Part shown: one piece after another, positions 1 to 12,029 of the stretch | How positions within the stretch are numbered: position 1 is the stretch's first letter | Layout: every line of letters begins with the position of its first letter | Origin: Rhynchobatus australiae | Lineage: Eukaryota | Length of the DNA: 64,000 nucleotides | Direction of reading: 5' to 3' | Assembly: GCA_034780895.1 (NCBI GenBank) | Contig: JAUZTB010000064.1 | Location: 59,838,044-59,902,043, forward strand | The notes under the pieces: generated by a model | What the model was told of the DNA's origin: nothing | What the model saw: the letters and a program-made list of their open reading frames with translations, nothing else | Database searches by the model: none | Position numbers and translations under genes: made by a program

Positions 1-64
1 ATATACACTAGAGGTGGGGAAAGGGGTGGAGAAAGGCAGCAGAAACACCATTCAGAAATCCCAC

Positions 65-141
65 CTGAACACCTGGTGTGTCTTGAACTTGAAGTGCAAG
101 TTGCTCTCGATCTACTTGTACTTGTCTGGAGTATAACGTAC
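65..141 (-). CDS. RASL11B: RASL11B coding exon 3 (77 bp): (G)TLYSRQVQVDREQLALQVQDTPGVQ; contains the G3 box DTPG
   Basis: Acceptor atatttcag (142-150) and donor CAG|gtggg (64-60). Frame is continuous with exon 2. Peptide matches the RASL11B pattern LYxRQVQxxxExLALQVQDTPG. Confidence 0.96.
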
Positions 142-267
142 CTGAAATATTATTAGCAAATAGAGAATTACTTCATTTTTGACTGAATGGTAGAGTTGAT
201 ACAGACTAAATGAAGCTACTCGATGCCGTAAATCAGACTCCTAAGTATTCTTAACATGGGCACTTAC

Positions 268-324
268 CCGCATTTCTTTCGTAGTCGCCAATAAACCTTC
301 TGGTTAAAAACCGCACCACCAAAG
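268..324 (-). CDS. RASL11B: RASL11B coding exon 2 (57 bp): (A)[18 protein letters not shown](G); switch I region
   Basis: Acceptor ttcttcttcag (325-335) and donor G|gtaagtg (267-261), phase 1/1. [20 protein letters not shown] is the RASL11B signature; RASL11A has AMIVRF...DYEPNTG. Confidence 0.97.
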
Positions 325-715
325 CTGAAGAAGAAATAAGTGGGATTGTGAAGTTGCGTGTCAACCCAAACGTGGATTCTTCCCCACATCCCCCTCCCGC
401 TCCAAATAATGCATTTCACAGTGGACGGGGAGACGCAGAGCTCCAGTAAAGAATTTCTCTCCAGACCACTATTCCCCAGAGCAAAATAACTCCGATTTTC
501 TCCATTTGTCAAAACCCCTCCTCCGCCGCGTGGGGGACACGTCCTTGGCTGCAGCCGGCGTCGGAGGCTCTCTGCAAAACACACATCAAAGCCCGGCGAA
601 CCAACCTGCTGACCCCGCAGCTCAGCTCCCTGGGCTCATAGCCACAACCCACCACACCGACCGGCGCCTGCAGCTGACCCGCCGGGTTAAGGCTCGTCCA
701 GCCCAACTCCCTCAC

Positions 716-830
716 CCGTTTTGCCCACGGCGCTGCCGCCGATCACCGCGATCTTGATCACCCGGTTGCTGGGCGTATATTCCGCAGGTCCATACTCCTG
801 GATCGTCGACATGTTCTGAACCAGGCGCAT
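716..830 (-). CDS. RASL11B: RASL11B coding exon 1 (115 bp CDS): MRLVQNMSTIQEYGPAEYTPSNRVIKIAVIGGSAVGKT; Ras-like small GTPase P-loop
   Basis: ATG at 830-828. N-terminus MRLxQNMxTIxEY is typical of RASL11B. P-loop GxxxxGKT. Donor G|gtgag at 715-711. This is part of ORF 687..977 in the track. Confidence 0.96.
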
Positions 831-991
831 ATCAGAGCGGTAGCGACGGGAAGCTGGCGGGGAGCAAGAGGGGGTGGGTGGGAAACAAGACAGGAGCGAA
901 GACGGTGGCAAGAACCCCCCGGAACCGCGGTCCGGAACCTGGGCACAAGCCGGGCCCACGATCCAGACCCGCGCCACAACACGCTCCCGCG

Positions 992-1098
992 GACTGGAGC
1001 TGCGGCTCCCGCTCTGCCGCCTTTTATAGCCAACCTGCGCGCAGCCGCTGATTGGTCACCGGTGATCCCGCCGATTGGATGCTTGCGGGCGGACGTCA
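992..1098 (-). promoter_or_regulatory. RASL11B core/proximal promoter: Inr-like CCAGTC (997-992), TATAAAA (1028-1022), two CCAAT boxes (1055-1051, 1078-1074), GC box GGGCGG (1087-1092), CRE-like TGACGTC (1098-1092)
   Basis: Motifs read directly, in canonical order and spacing about 165-270 bp upstream of the ATG. The TSS near 995 is inferred. Confidence 0.75.
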
Positions 1099-1216
1099 TC
1101 TTACCTGCGAGCCCTGGATCGCGCGCACCGCCGGGCAACCGCGAGCCGTGCCCGCGGCCCGGGGCAGTGCGCGCACCTTTGCTGGGTGGCACCCGGCCCG
1201 GCACCCCCTTATCGTT

Positions 1217-1335
1217 ACAGAAAGTGTTGGAAATACTCAGCAGGTGTGATGATATGCGATGCGGCCTGACCTGCTGAGTATTTCCAGCATTTTCTGTTTT
1301 TATTTTAGATTGCTGGCATCTGCAGTTTTTTTAAA
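1217..1335. repeat. Internally deleted palindromic Penelope-derived repeat (29-bp inverted arms)
   Basis: 1217-1245 and 1269-1297 are reverse complements at 27/29 positions. The arm sequence (cctgacctgctgagtatttccagcatttt) recurs across the window and at the 3' end of the Penelope remnant near 52.0 kb. Confidence 0.75.
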
Positions 1336-1689
1336 ATTTTCATCTCCTATCACTATTGTGCTTGGTTTCTTCAAGTGGACTCGTGGGAGCAACCATAGTT
1401 TTCTATTCAGTCAGATTACATTTTCAACGTTTCACTGACAAGGAAAACTAAGCAACGCGAATGAACGCGTGTGTTACTTTTGAATGACTTTTTTTTTAAC
1501 AGTAGCACGTTTCTATACTTTCGTCTCTTTGTTCAATGCCCAGGCAACACATTATGTGCAAAGAAACCACCGTAGTTTAATAAAAGTGTTCAGTTCTCCC
1601 TAATCGTTTGCATGTAATTTTAACTTGCTAAATGATCTCAGAAATATCAAGCTTGAAGATAAGGTGACAAGTCTGCAAAGATAGAAGGC

Positions 1690-3130
1690 AGTTGATCCAT
1701 TTAGTCCATGCCAGCTCCCTGTACCCATCTGATTTCCTTTTGAAATCATTGACCATCTTTGCTTCTACTAACCTTCTAAGCAGTGAGGTCCAGCTCATTA
1801 CCACTGGCTGCGTAAAAAATAGTTCTCCCTCACATCCTTGTAACCTCACATCTAGTATCTCTTGCCCCAGTCACTGCATACTCTGGCCCTTTTCTTTGTT
1901 TTAACTTATCTAAATGGGTCACACCGCCATCAAATCTCCATTCAACCTATTTTGCTCAAGAAGAACAAACTTAGTTTCTCCAGCCAAACAGTAAAGTTAA
2001 AATACTTCAACCCTGGAACTATTTAGGTAAATCTCTTCTGCACTTTCTTTAGGACCTTCACATCCTTCTTAAAATGCGATGAGCAGAACTGGATCAATCA
2101 TATTGTCATGACCTAACCAGAGCTTTATAAAGGTTCAGCATTACTTTCCTACTTCTGCATTCAATATTTATAAAGCCCAGGATCCCACATGCCTTGCCTG
2201 TTACNNNNNNNNNNNNNNNNNNNNNNNNNNNNNNNNNNNNNNNNNNNNNNNNNNNNNNNNNNNNNNNNNNNNNNNNNNNNNNNNNNNNNNNNNNNNNNNN
2301 NNNNNNNNNNNNNNNNNNNNNNNNNNNNNNNNNNNNNNNNNNNNNNNNNNNNNNNNNNNNNNNNNNNNNNNNNNNNNNNNNNNTCTGCCTGCTATCCATG
2401 TCCAATTGCAGCTGCATGGCATATTCGCCATATTTTCAAGATTGGTAATATTGACAAATTTTGAAATTTTACTTTATATCCCAATACCCAAGGCATTTAT
2501 ATATCTCAATAAAAGCAATGGTCCTAGCAGACTCTTGAGGAGTACCACTGTTTACAATCCTCCAGTCAGTAAAAGATTTACCTCAGCTCACTGTTTTGTG
2601 TCTTTATGCAGGCTGACAATGACTCTCCTAATCCACAATGTTAATCAATCTTTTATGAAGAACTTAAACATTTGGACCACATCCACTGCATGCCTTCATC
2701 AGCCTTCTCTGGTGGTACTTCTAAAAATTCAGTTGGGTTACTCAAATACAATCTGTCCTTTACAGATCTGTGTCAGTTGCCCTTCATTATGTCCTCTGAA
2801 AGCATCAGTTAATCTTTTCCCTGATTATTGTTTCTCGGCCATCATTCACCACTGCTCTTATACTGTAGTTACTAGGAATGTTTTCACACCCTTTCTTCAA
2901 TAAAGGTATCACAGTTGCCACTTCCCAATATTCTGGTACCTCCCCTTATATGTTGGGAAGGCTAGAAAGTTAAGGCCTTCCAATACCTCGACTCCACTTC
3001 TCTGAGCAACCTGGGATGCAAGCCATCTGGTCCAGGTAACTAATCCAGTCTAAGCAGTACATCTTGCCCACCAATTCTCACCCATCCATTGTTTTTACCA
3101 ACTTTTGATCAGCTTTCGTTTCTTGGTTGA
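1690..3130 (-). mobile_element. Degraded CR1-clade LINE (ORF2 RT region to 3' end)
   Basis: Minus-strand remnants GKACGILGFI...RSRKVMLNLYKALVR and a PGPDGLHP-like motif near 3030; many stops; contains an N gap. Confidence 0.75.
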
Positions 3131-3779
3131 TTGCTATTAAAAAGTGCTCAATTAAGTATTCTGGCCTTACTCCAAACCTCTAAAATTAATCAGTTTCTTT
3201 GCCCCCCCGCCCTTACTTCCTTCTTACAATTTACATGCCAATAGAAGATTTTAGTGTTCTCATTCTCATACTTTGTCTTATTTTCCTGTTCATTTCCCTT
3301 CACACTCTGTTGTATTAATGCAAATTACTAAGTCTCCAAAGCACATATGTCTGGAAAACATCTTCTGAGAATTATCAAGTTATTAACAAGTGAAAACATC
3401 AATTATGCTACAATTTTGTTATTTAAACATTGATCAGAATGTCCTTAGTGGCTTTTAATTAAAGGAAACTTAAAAATTGACAGTAAGGTGTGCTTTAGCT
3501 TTAATAACCTATTGGAAGGTCTGTCTCTCACTTTGAATAAAGAATATCCTTTTTTAAACATCCCTTTGGAATGGTAGCTCTTTCTGCTTTTATCTCTTCT
3601 TAAAGTAATTCTTCAACCCCACTCTTTCCACATGGCAGGAGCATTCAAGTTCAGCAAGTGGAAGCTGTAAATCCTGGGACTGCCTCCTTTTTCACCAATA
3701 CCTGCATCAAGAACCAGCACTGAGCCCCTCAATAGTCTCAGCGAGCTCCATTAGCAGTTTGCATAGTTCTGATGTCCAA

Positions 3780-4100
3780 CACCAGATTCTCAAGAAAAAC
3801 ATTCTACTCCAAGCTCCATCATTGAAAGAGATCACCGGGCAGACAGAGGAAAACATTCCAGGGTGTGCTCAAGGACTCCTGGAAATCTTTGGCCCATGAC
3901 TATTCAAAGTGGAGTATTGAGAACCTTGAGTCTCTGCAATGGGAGGATATAAGCCATCTCAGAAACTAGCCACTCACTCACTCCACCCCCTCCATTAGGC
4001 ATCTCCTGCTAGCTCCTGCTCCATCTGTGGAACAGCCTATGATTCCCACATGGCCTCATTTTGTCATCCCAGAACTGGAATGGATCTCATCCCCAATGCT
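3780..4100 (+). mobile_element. Degraded RTE-like LINE 3' fragment
   Basis: Remnant resembling the RTE ORF2 end (GRQRK..(KD)VLKxS..SLAHDxSKW); similar to 33230-33570. Confidence 0.5.
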
Positions 4101-4374
4101 TAAGAAGACTATTTCTCACAACGTATGGTTTCTTATTGACAATGTTTTGACAATCATGCATCACATGATTAATTGGAAGTGCCTTCTAGTGTCAGTTGAG
4201 GTCTCAGTGGCAAAAGATTACAGATTCAAATCCTCCTCTGAAGACAGCAGTTTTGATTCTTTGTTATTGCATTACTGGAGCTAGGGAGAAAAACCAATTC
4301 AAAAGGCACAGCCATTAGAGGCAGAAGATCATGTAATGCAACCTCAAAGAATGGTAAACATTTGTAAGCCAATC

Positions 4375-5240
4375 ATCCCAGCCCCAGGACATCCCAGTAC
4401 AAGTTCATTAGGGCAGTGTCCCAGCACCAATCACTTACAGGAGTTCCTACCCTGAGATCCACAGGGCAGTGTCCTAGGTTCAATCACCTACAAGAGTTCT
4501 GTAGGGCAATGTCCTCAGCTCAGTTATTTCCAACTGCATCACCAATGCCTTTCTCTCCAAATAAAGTCAGAAGTGGGTTTGTTTGCTGACGGTAATGGTG
4601 CACAGTGGTACATCAGACAGCGTTGTTGCCCCAAAGCTCCAGGGACCCAGGTTTGATCCTGACCTTGGGTCCTGTGTGAAGTTTGCACATTTACTCCATG
4701 ACCAGGCAGGTTTCCGCTGGCTGCCCTGGTTTCCTCCCACATCCCAAAGACATGCTGGTAATTCATATATCTACTGTGAATTACCCCTGAGTGTATGTAA
4801 ATGACAAAAGGATCAAAGCAGATAGGCATGTGAGAGAGAATAAGATGTAGGGAAACAAGGAAATAATCGATTTGAACTGATGGATTGCTCTATTAAAAAC
4901 TGGCATGGACTCTATAGGCTGAATGGCCTTCTTTTGTGTCCCAATAAGTAAATAATTACACAATGTCCAGTTCCATTCACAACCCCTCAGATAACAAAGC
5001 AATCCATGCATGCAAGACTGAGACAGCATACAGACATATAAGAACATGAGTAGGTGTTACATGACTGGCAGACAATACCCATCTCCAACAAGTGACAGAT
5101 TAACCACTTCCTCTTGTTGGTCAACAGCATTACTGTTACCTAATACCCCACCATCGACATCTGGGAGATCACCATTGGCGAGAAGCTTAACTGGATTAGC
5201 CTCATAAATACAGAAGCTAAAAGACGATGGATTTTCTGCA
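4375..5240 (+). mobile_element. Old non-LTR retrotransposon RT fragment (CR1/L2 group), interrupted by a V-SINE
   Basis: QPQDI..GVPQGSVLG-type coding (agggcagtgtcc, locally triplicated at 4410-4515) and tttgctgac (FAD of the catalytic motif) at 4582-4590. The LINE resumes after the SINE at about 4956. Confidence 0.65.
4591..4955 (+). mobile_element. HE1/V-SINE family tRNA-derived SINE (near full length)
   Basis: tRNA-like head with A/B-box remnants, V-domain tgtgtgaagtttgcac...gtttcctcccacatcccaaagac, and a CR1-derived 3' tail (gctgaatggcct). Confidence 0.8.
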
Positions 5241-7348
5241 TTAAATTACTCTTGTCCTGTCTGTCCCTGAGCAGAGGAGTTGCTTCCAGTATCTGAGTCA
5301 AATTCTATCAATCAATGGGTGCTTACTGTGCAGAAATTGGCTAGTGAACTTTTATAATTCAAGAAGCATTCACCGGCAGCACAATGTTTTTGTATGTCCT
5401 GCAAGGGACCTATAATGTGTTATATAAATGTATATCATACTTATTTTTCCTCTTGTCAGATAGGTTCTTATATTTTATGTTGGTAGAGGGATAAATAATG
5501 TTTTGGGTGCTGAGAGAAGACCTTTGCTTTTCTTCAAATAGTTTCATGGAATCTTTTAAGGCTATCTGAGAAATCAGATGGTTCCTCTCTTTCCCCCATG
5601 ATGTTAAGGAGAGAAGCAGGGTATTTAGATGCCAGCTTTTCATTTTTATTGTTCTTTTTTTGCTTGCTTTACTTTTTCTCCTGACTCATGCTGGCTGTGG
5701 TTCTACTGGTGCCAACCAGCCTCCAATATGTTGACCAAGAGATCATTCATAACGTATGAGATGAGAAAGTGGGTCAATCCCTCTCTAGTCTGTTAGCTCA
5801 GCTCTTTGCTAGACAATATATTTATCTGGGTGGTGGGTTTTCTGTCAGTCCTGTTGTGATAAATATGTTTACGAAAGAGAAATATCACAACACATATTAA
5901 AATATCAACCAAGCATGCAGCTGATAACAGATTGGACAGACTGAAATTTATAGAGGTTGTTTATCCTGAAGAAGTATAGTACCATGATAGTCCTTAATCA
6001 CAGGGCTTTTCTACNNNNNNNNNNNNNNNNNNNNNNNNNNNNNNNNNNNNNNNNNNNNNNNNNNNNNNNNNNNNNNNNNNNNNNNNNNNNNNNNNNNNNN
6101 NNNNNNNNNNNNNNNNNNNNNNNNNNNNNNNNNNNNNNNNNNNNNNNNNNNNNNNNNNNNNNNACTCAACTCTTTGACTGCATTTGATTGTTTGCATCAT
6201 AGGTACTAATCGATGTATATGAACAGATCAGCACTACAGCATGTAAACAGTCCTGCTCAGGGATCTCTGGAAGAGCAGGTCAATTTTAATGTTTTCTAGG
6301 AAAAGTACTGAAGGTAGTTAGCTCTTAGCTAGGATTCAAATGTTCACATGAAAGGGAACTTAAAACTTCAGTTTCCACTGGCTCTGTTACTTTGGTAAAA
6401 GATTATCTTGTCAAGGAGATATCATGCCACACATCTAAATCTGATTCAAGGGAGTTCTTGTACACAAATTATGCATCAACTTTCTTTCAGTGCATGGTTA
6501 AAATTGTTTTGTCCTGTTATAAATTTATGCTAGAATTAAAAATCTGATTCCTCTCACCAAACTCATAATTTTCATTCCTTTTCCTGCAGCTTTCTATATT
6601 GTTTGCTATTTCTACATAATTTATTGAGCTTGATATTCACAGTGTAAACCCAGCAGATCTTTCTGAGAGGCACAGAATTTTGAAGGAGACATGATCTCCC
6701 ATTTATATATTCCACTTAAGTCTTCCATTGTAAGTAAACTTGTGGCCATGGAGAGTTTAGACATGAATAATGACAATAAATGAATTTTCTTTACTTTTAA
6801 TTTTTCTTGTCGTTTGAACTCTGCGCTAAATGGAAACATTCTTTTCATATTTTTCATTTGAACCAAATGAAAACATTGACAGTAGGTCACAATGAACTAA
6901 AGTGTACTTGTATCTAGATTAACATGTCACTAATGCTGTACTCCTTTAGGAATAAATTGAGGCTTGATTGAAAATAAATAATAATTGATTCACTCATCAA
7001 GTTGAACCATTGAGCAGCAGAGCAATCCAGACTTGGACAGTCCCAGGTCCAATTGCTAGTGTATACAGAATTAGCTGATAGTGTGACAGTTGGAGCTCTA
7101 CAATTTGTCTACGTGTCCTGAATCAGCANNNNNNNNNNNNNNNNNNNNNNNNNNNNNNNNNNNNNNNNNNNNNNNNNNNNNNNNNNNNNNNNNNNNNNNN
7201 NNNNNNNNNNNNNNNNNNNNNNNNNNNNNNNNNNNNNNNNNNNNNNNNNNNNNNNNNNNNNNNNNNNNNNNNNNNNNNNNNNNNNNNNNNNNNNNNNNNN
7301 NNNNNNNNNNNNNNNNNNNNNNNNNNNNNNNNNNNNNNNNNNNNNNNN

Positions 7349-7600
7349 ATAGTAACCTGAGGGGCAACTTTTTTTACACAAAGTGTGGTATGTATGTGGA
7401 ATGAGCTGCCAGAGAAAGTGGTTAAGGCAGGTACAGAAACAAGTTTTAAAATACAGTTGGACAGATACATGGATAGGAAAGGTTCAGAAAGTTATGGGCC
7501 AAATGCTGGCAAATGGGACTAGTTTGGATGGGCATCTTGGTCAGCATGGACCAGTTGGGCCGAAGGGCCTGTTTCCATGCTGTATGACTCTATGACTCCA
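7349..7600 (+). mobile_element. CR1 LINE 3' end with (TATGACTC)n-type tail
   Basis: gggccgaagggcctgtttccatgctgtatgactctatgactc terminus; 5' part lies in an N gap. Confidence 0.85.
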
Positions 7601-7929
7601 TGACATGCATGGATTCTGGACAAGGACAGAACAAAACAACAATATCCTTTGTGGTTGAACAGTCCAGCAACATTTCCAAGGCTCGCATATGTGTAATGTA
7701 TGCTTGGTTTCAGGTGACAAACATACATGAAGGCATTTTCCTGCAACCATTCAAAACTTTTGGAAAAAGGAGAAAAAAAAGACAAGATAAGTAACTTTTA
7801 AGTGTGCTATGAAGAGCAACAGACATTTTTCAAGACAGAAATTTATCTTTGAAAGGGTTTTCATTAAGTCGTACCAAACAGCAAAGAGACTCAATATTAA
7901 GAAGCACAGACAAAAAAGAACAGGGTAGT

Positions 7930-8450
7930 GATTCTAATCCATTCTATTATTGGTTGCATTTTATTAAAGTATTATCTCTGGGTTTAGATGACCTTGGAAA
8001 AGATGTAAAAGGCTTGTAAAATCTTAAGGGAATACACAAAGGTTATAACAGCGATTACAAAAATTACTTGTGAGGAAAGATTAGGGAAAGTGAACACACT
8101 GTATTAAAATAATAAGGGGGGGTGTGAAAATGATATTTACAATATGAGGTAAACAATAATAAACTATTTCTCCTTGTCAATGATTCAGTTACTTAGGGGC
8201 ATGTATTTAAGATCATGGGCGAAAGAATAAATGGAGAAGTTGGAAGATTTTTTTTACAAAGAAGAGCTTTCAGACAGACATGGAGTCAGTGGTGGAACCA
8301 GAAATCACTATGGCTTCTGAAAGGGAAGTGGAAAATTAATTGAAAAATAATAATTGCAACAGATCTGGAAAGTGGCAGGGGAATAGGTGCATGTGGCTAA
8401 CTCTTACAGAGCACTGTTTCACTTATCCTCCTGCCCTGTACTTAATATCT
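7930..8450 (+). mobile_element. Highly degraded CR1 LINE 3' fragment
   Basis: Remnants of the EERL..LG and TRGHxFKI-type C-terminal coding and the 3' UTR. Confidence 0.55.
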
Positions 8451-8459
8451 ACCTTCACA

Positions 8460-9227
8460 ATCAGAATCAGGTTTATTATCACTGCTATATGTTGTGAAAT
8501 TTGTTGTTTTGTGGCAGCAGTACAGTGCGAGACATAAATTACTATAAGTTACAACTAAATAAATAAATAGTGCAATAGGGGAATAATGAGGTGGTGTTCA
8601 TGGACTGTTCAGAAATCTGATGGCAGAGAGGAAGAAGCTGTTCCTGAAACATTGAGTGTGGGCCTTTAGGCTCCTGTACCTCCTCCCCGATGGTAGTAAT
8701 GAGAAGAAGATGTGTCCCGGATGGTGAGAGTACTTAATGGTGGATGCCGCCTTCTAGGGGCACCGCCTCTTGAAGATGTCCTTGATGGTGGGGAGGGTTG
8801 TGCCTATAATGGAGCTGGCTGAGTCTCAACCTTCTGCAGCCTCTTGCGATCCTGCACATTGGAGCATCCATACCAGGTGGTGATGCAACCGGTCAGAATG
8901 CTCGTCACTGGACATCTGCAGAAATTTGCAAGAGCCTTTGGTGACATACCAAATCTCCTCAAACTCCTAATGAAGTAGAACCACTGATGTGCCTTCTTCA
9001 TGATTGCATCAATGTGTTGGGCCCAGGATAGATTTTCCAAGATGCTGACACCCAGGAACTTGAAGCTGCTCACCCTTTCCACTGCTGCTTCCTCAATGAA
9101 GACTGGTGTGTGTTCTCCCTAATTCCCCTTCCTGAAATCCACAAGCAATTCCTTGGTCTTGCTGACGCTGAGTGTGAAGTTGTTGTTGTGACACCACTCA
9201 ACCAGCTGATCTACCTCACTCCTGTGC
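8460..9227 (-). mobile_element. Rex1/Babar-type LINE, RT C-terminal region and 3' end
   Basis: ORFs 8804..9082 (ERVSSFKFLGVxIxxNLSW..HIDAIMKKAHQ..YFIRSLRRFG) and the end of 9119..9712 (LVEWCHNNNFTLSVSKTKELLVDFRK); continues into an N gap. Confidence 0.85.
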
Positions 9228-10467
9228 NNNNNNNNNNNNNNNNNNNNNNNNNNNNNNNNNNNNNNNNNNNNNNNNNNNNNNNNNNNNNNNNNNNNNNNNN
9301 NNNNNNNNNNNNNNNNNNNNNNNNNNNNNNNNNNNNNNNNNNNNNNNNNNNNNNNNNNNNNNNNNNNNNNNNNNNNNNNNNNNNNNNNNNNNNNNNNNNN
9401 NNNNNNNNNNNNNNNNNNNNNNNNNNNNNNNNNNNNNNNNNNNNNNNNNNNNNNNNNNNNNNNNNNNNNNNNNNNNNNNNNNNNNNNNNNNNNNNNNNNN
9501 NNNNNNNNNNNNNNNNNNNNNNNNNNNNNNNNNNNNNNNNNNNNNNNNNNNNNNNNNNNNNNNNNNNNNNNNNNNNNNNNNNNNNNNNNNNNNNNNNNNN
9601 NNNNNNNNNNNNNNNNNNNNNNNNNNNNNNNNNNNNNNNNNNNNNNNNNNNNNNNNNNNNNNNNNNNNNNNNNNNNNNNNNNNNNNNNNNNNNNNNNNNN
9701 AAGATACCACAACTCCTCACTGTACTGATGCCTATAATATATTCCTGCCTACACTGCTAGAGTATTGCAATTTCAACGACTTTCAATATAACTCTAATTT
9801 TGTAAAGCTGGCAGAATTTAAAATGTACTGTTCTATGGATTTATGATTGCAATGGAGAAGGATGGATTTGGTTTTATATCTGATTTACATCTGGCCAACT
9901 TAACTGAAATATAATCAGAAAAATCTTGCAGGGGTCTTGCATCTTCCTTCGCACACAAGCTGGCCCTTTGTCCGAAGACAGCACAGCACCACTGGGAATT
10001 CTGAATCTAGGCTGAAGTTGGGTCTTCACTCTCATTAACATTAGTCAGTTGAATTTCCAGCTCACTTACATGGCTTCAGGAGTAAATACACTATTGGAAA
10101 TGTTGCCTGCTCCTGGACAGGACGTCTTCAGTCAATTCATGCAATGGGAACAGGCGAAGTATGTCCAATTCTTCCAAATTTTGGTGTGGATGTCTCTGTG
10201 GAAGAAACAGTAAAGGTTTAAGGAAAATACAACTTTGGCACAGGGCAGCTCTGTGTTGCTACATGCAATTTCAATTGGCCATCGCACAAGTGCACTAAAG
10301 AGCTCAAGGTCATAACTCATCCAAACGGCACAAAAGCAAAACAAATATTTGCTGTCTTTGACTGCACAATGGTCCAGGGGTTAGAAACTAGGACCCAAAG
10401 AGAGAAACACAGAGGAAAAAAATAATTAAAATGATTTATGTAAAATTAGATAAAAATTCATAGGGTG

Positions 10468-10627
10468 ATAGAGAGGTACAGTGTGGAAGCAGGCCCTTCA
10501 ATCCATCGAGTCTGCACCAGTCACTTTACACTAATCCAATATTAATCCCATTTTTTAATTCTCTCCACATTCTCATCAACTCTCCCTGGATTCCACTACT
10601 CACCTACACACTTGGGGCAACTTACAA
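10468..10627 (-). mobile_element. HE1/V-SINE 3' half (rest in N gap)
   Basis: attctcatcaactctccc...cacctacacacttggggcaacttaca matches the copy at 63420-63715. Confidence 0.7.
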
Positions 10628-12029
10628 NNNNNNNNNNNNNNNNNNNNNNNNNNNNNNNNNNNNNNNNNNNNNNNNNNNNNNNNNNNNNNNNNNNNNNNNN
10701 NNNNNNNNNNNNNNNNNNNNNNNNNNNNNNNNNNNNNNNNNNNNNNNNNNNNNNNNNNNNNNNNNNNNNNNNNNNNNNNNNNNNNNNNNNNNNNNNNNNN
10801 NNNNNNNNNNNNNNNNNNNNNNNNNNNNNNNNNNNNNNNNNNNNNNNNNNCTTTGCACCAAAATAGTACCATCCAGCTCAGGACTCCTTAGAGCCAATTC
10901 ATAAAAGACAAACAGAAGAGGCTAGTCCTTCTTCAGAAAAAGCACAAGAGCTTACTCAGGACAGCACAGGCAGGCAACCACTCATGAGTTGTGGCAGGTG
11001 TAACACTGACCGTGCCAGGGGAATCAACATGGAAAACAGGGGGACCGAACAGCTTCCTGAGGGGAAGAGGACTAATGGGACACCTGGAAGGCCATTAATG
11101 GTCCCCATACTCAAACTGACGTGGGTGTAGTGGACGTATGATACAATACCTGGGACCTGTGAATGGGGAGAGAGGCAACAGCATTTTCTCTGCCCACTGC
11201 ATGAAGGTGACCATGCACAGTTCAGGATTTTGCTGAGGTCAACATAAGCTTTGCAGTGTGCTCATCAATGGAAAGATGGACATGAAAAGTAAAAGATACA
11301 GAGAACATAGGACATTGTTCAGAGTCAGGAAATTTGAGCAGTGGCCTAATTTAAATAATCTATATAAAGGCAATTTAAGCATACTAGTATCACAGCCATT
11401 CAATACTAGCTTCTAATATTTTGGTAAATGTCCATCAGCATCAAAACCTAGTACTACCACAAGGCTTTAGTTCAACATGCTAAGCAAATACTATTAACAC
11501 ATGGCAACTTGCTGTACAGAAGAGGAATGAAGTTACTGCTGTTTAACTAAGCAGGCAGTTGGGTAGTGGTCATGATAGTCTGTGTTTATTGTTGTCAGAA
11601 CGGCTGACAACCTTCATTTTTTACTATTTACACACATATTGCAAATTTGTTAAATGATTGGTCAATGCAATGAGCAGGGGAAAGAATCAGGTTTACATTC
11701 CACATACATTGAAACAGAAAAAGATGAATCATTGTTTTACTGTGTATTTTCTGATTTAATCCAAATTTATGCAATAGAAGGTTGATGTATGATGTATGAA
11801 AAGGAAGAAACTGGGAAACTTACCCATCAGCCCCTTATGGATGTAAACAGGAAACGTGAATCAGTATTTTGCAACATAATGTGCAATGGTCAAATCATTT
11901 GGGACAAGGCATTATTTACTCACAGAAAATAGCAAGCAGTAAAATTCCTTTGCACGAAAAGCATGTTGTAACATTATTCTGAAAATTTAGTTAAAAAGTA
12001 AGTTAAATTAAAACATAGAAGAAAATCCT

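Larger units (their letters stand above)
500..1265. promoter_or_regulatory. CpG island over RASL11B promoter, 5' UTR and exon 1
   Basis: Very high GC and CpG density compared with the CpG-depleted, AT-rich rest of the window. Confidence 0.9.

Noticed and set aside
65-830. Assignment as RASL11A or another Ras-family gene
   Set aside because: MRLxQNMxTIxEY, GKTALVVRF and DYERNAG are RASL11B-type residues.
758-1277. GC-rich ORFs 758..1204, 1052..1249, 1062..1277, 506..757 and the N-terminal extension of 687..977
   Set aside because: Stop-poor CpG-island artefacts overlapping the RASL11B promoter/5' UTR. Only the part from ATG 830 matches a known protein.
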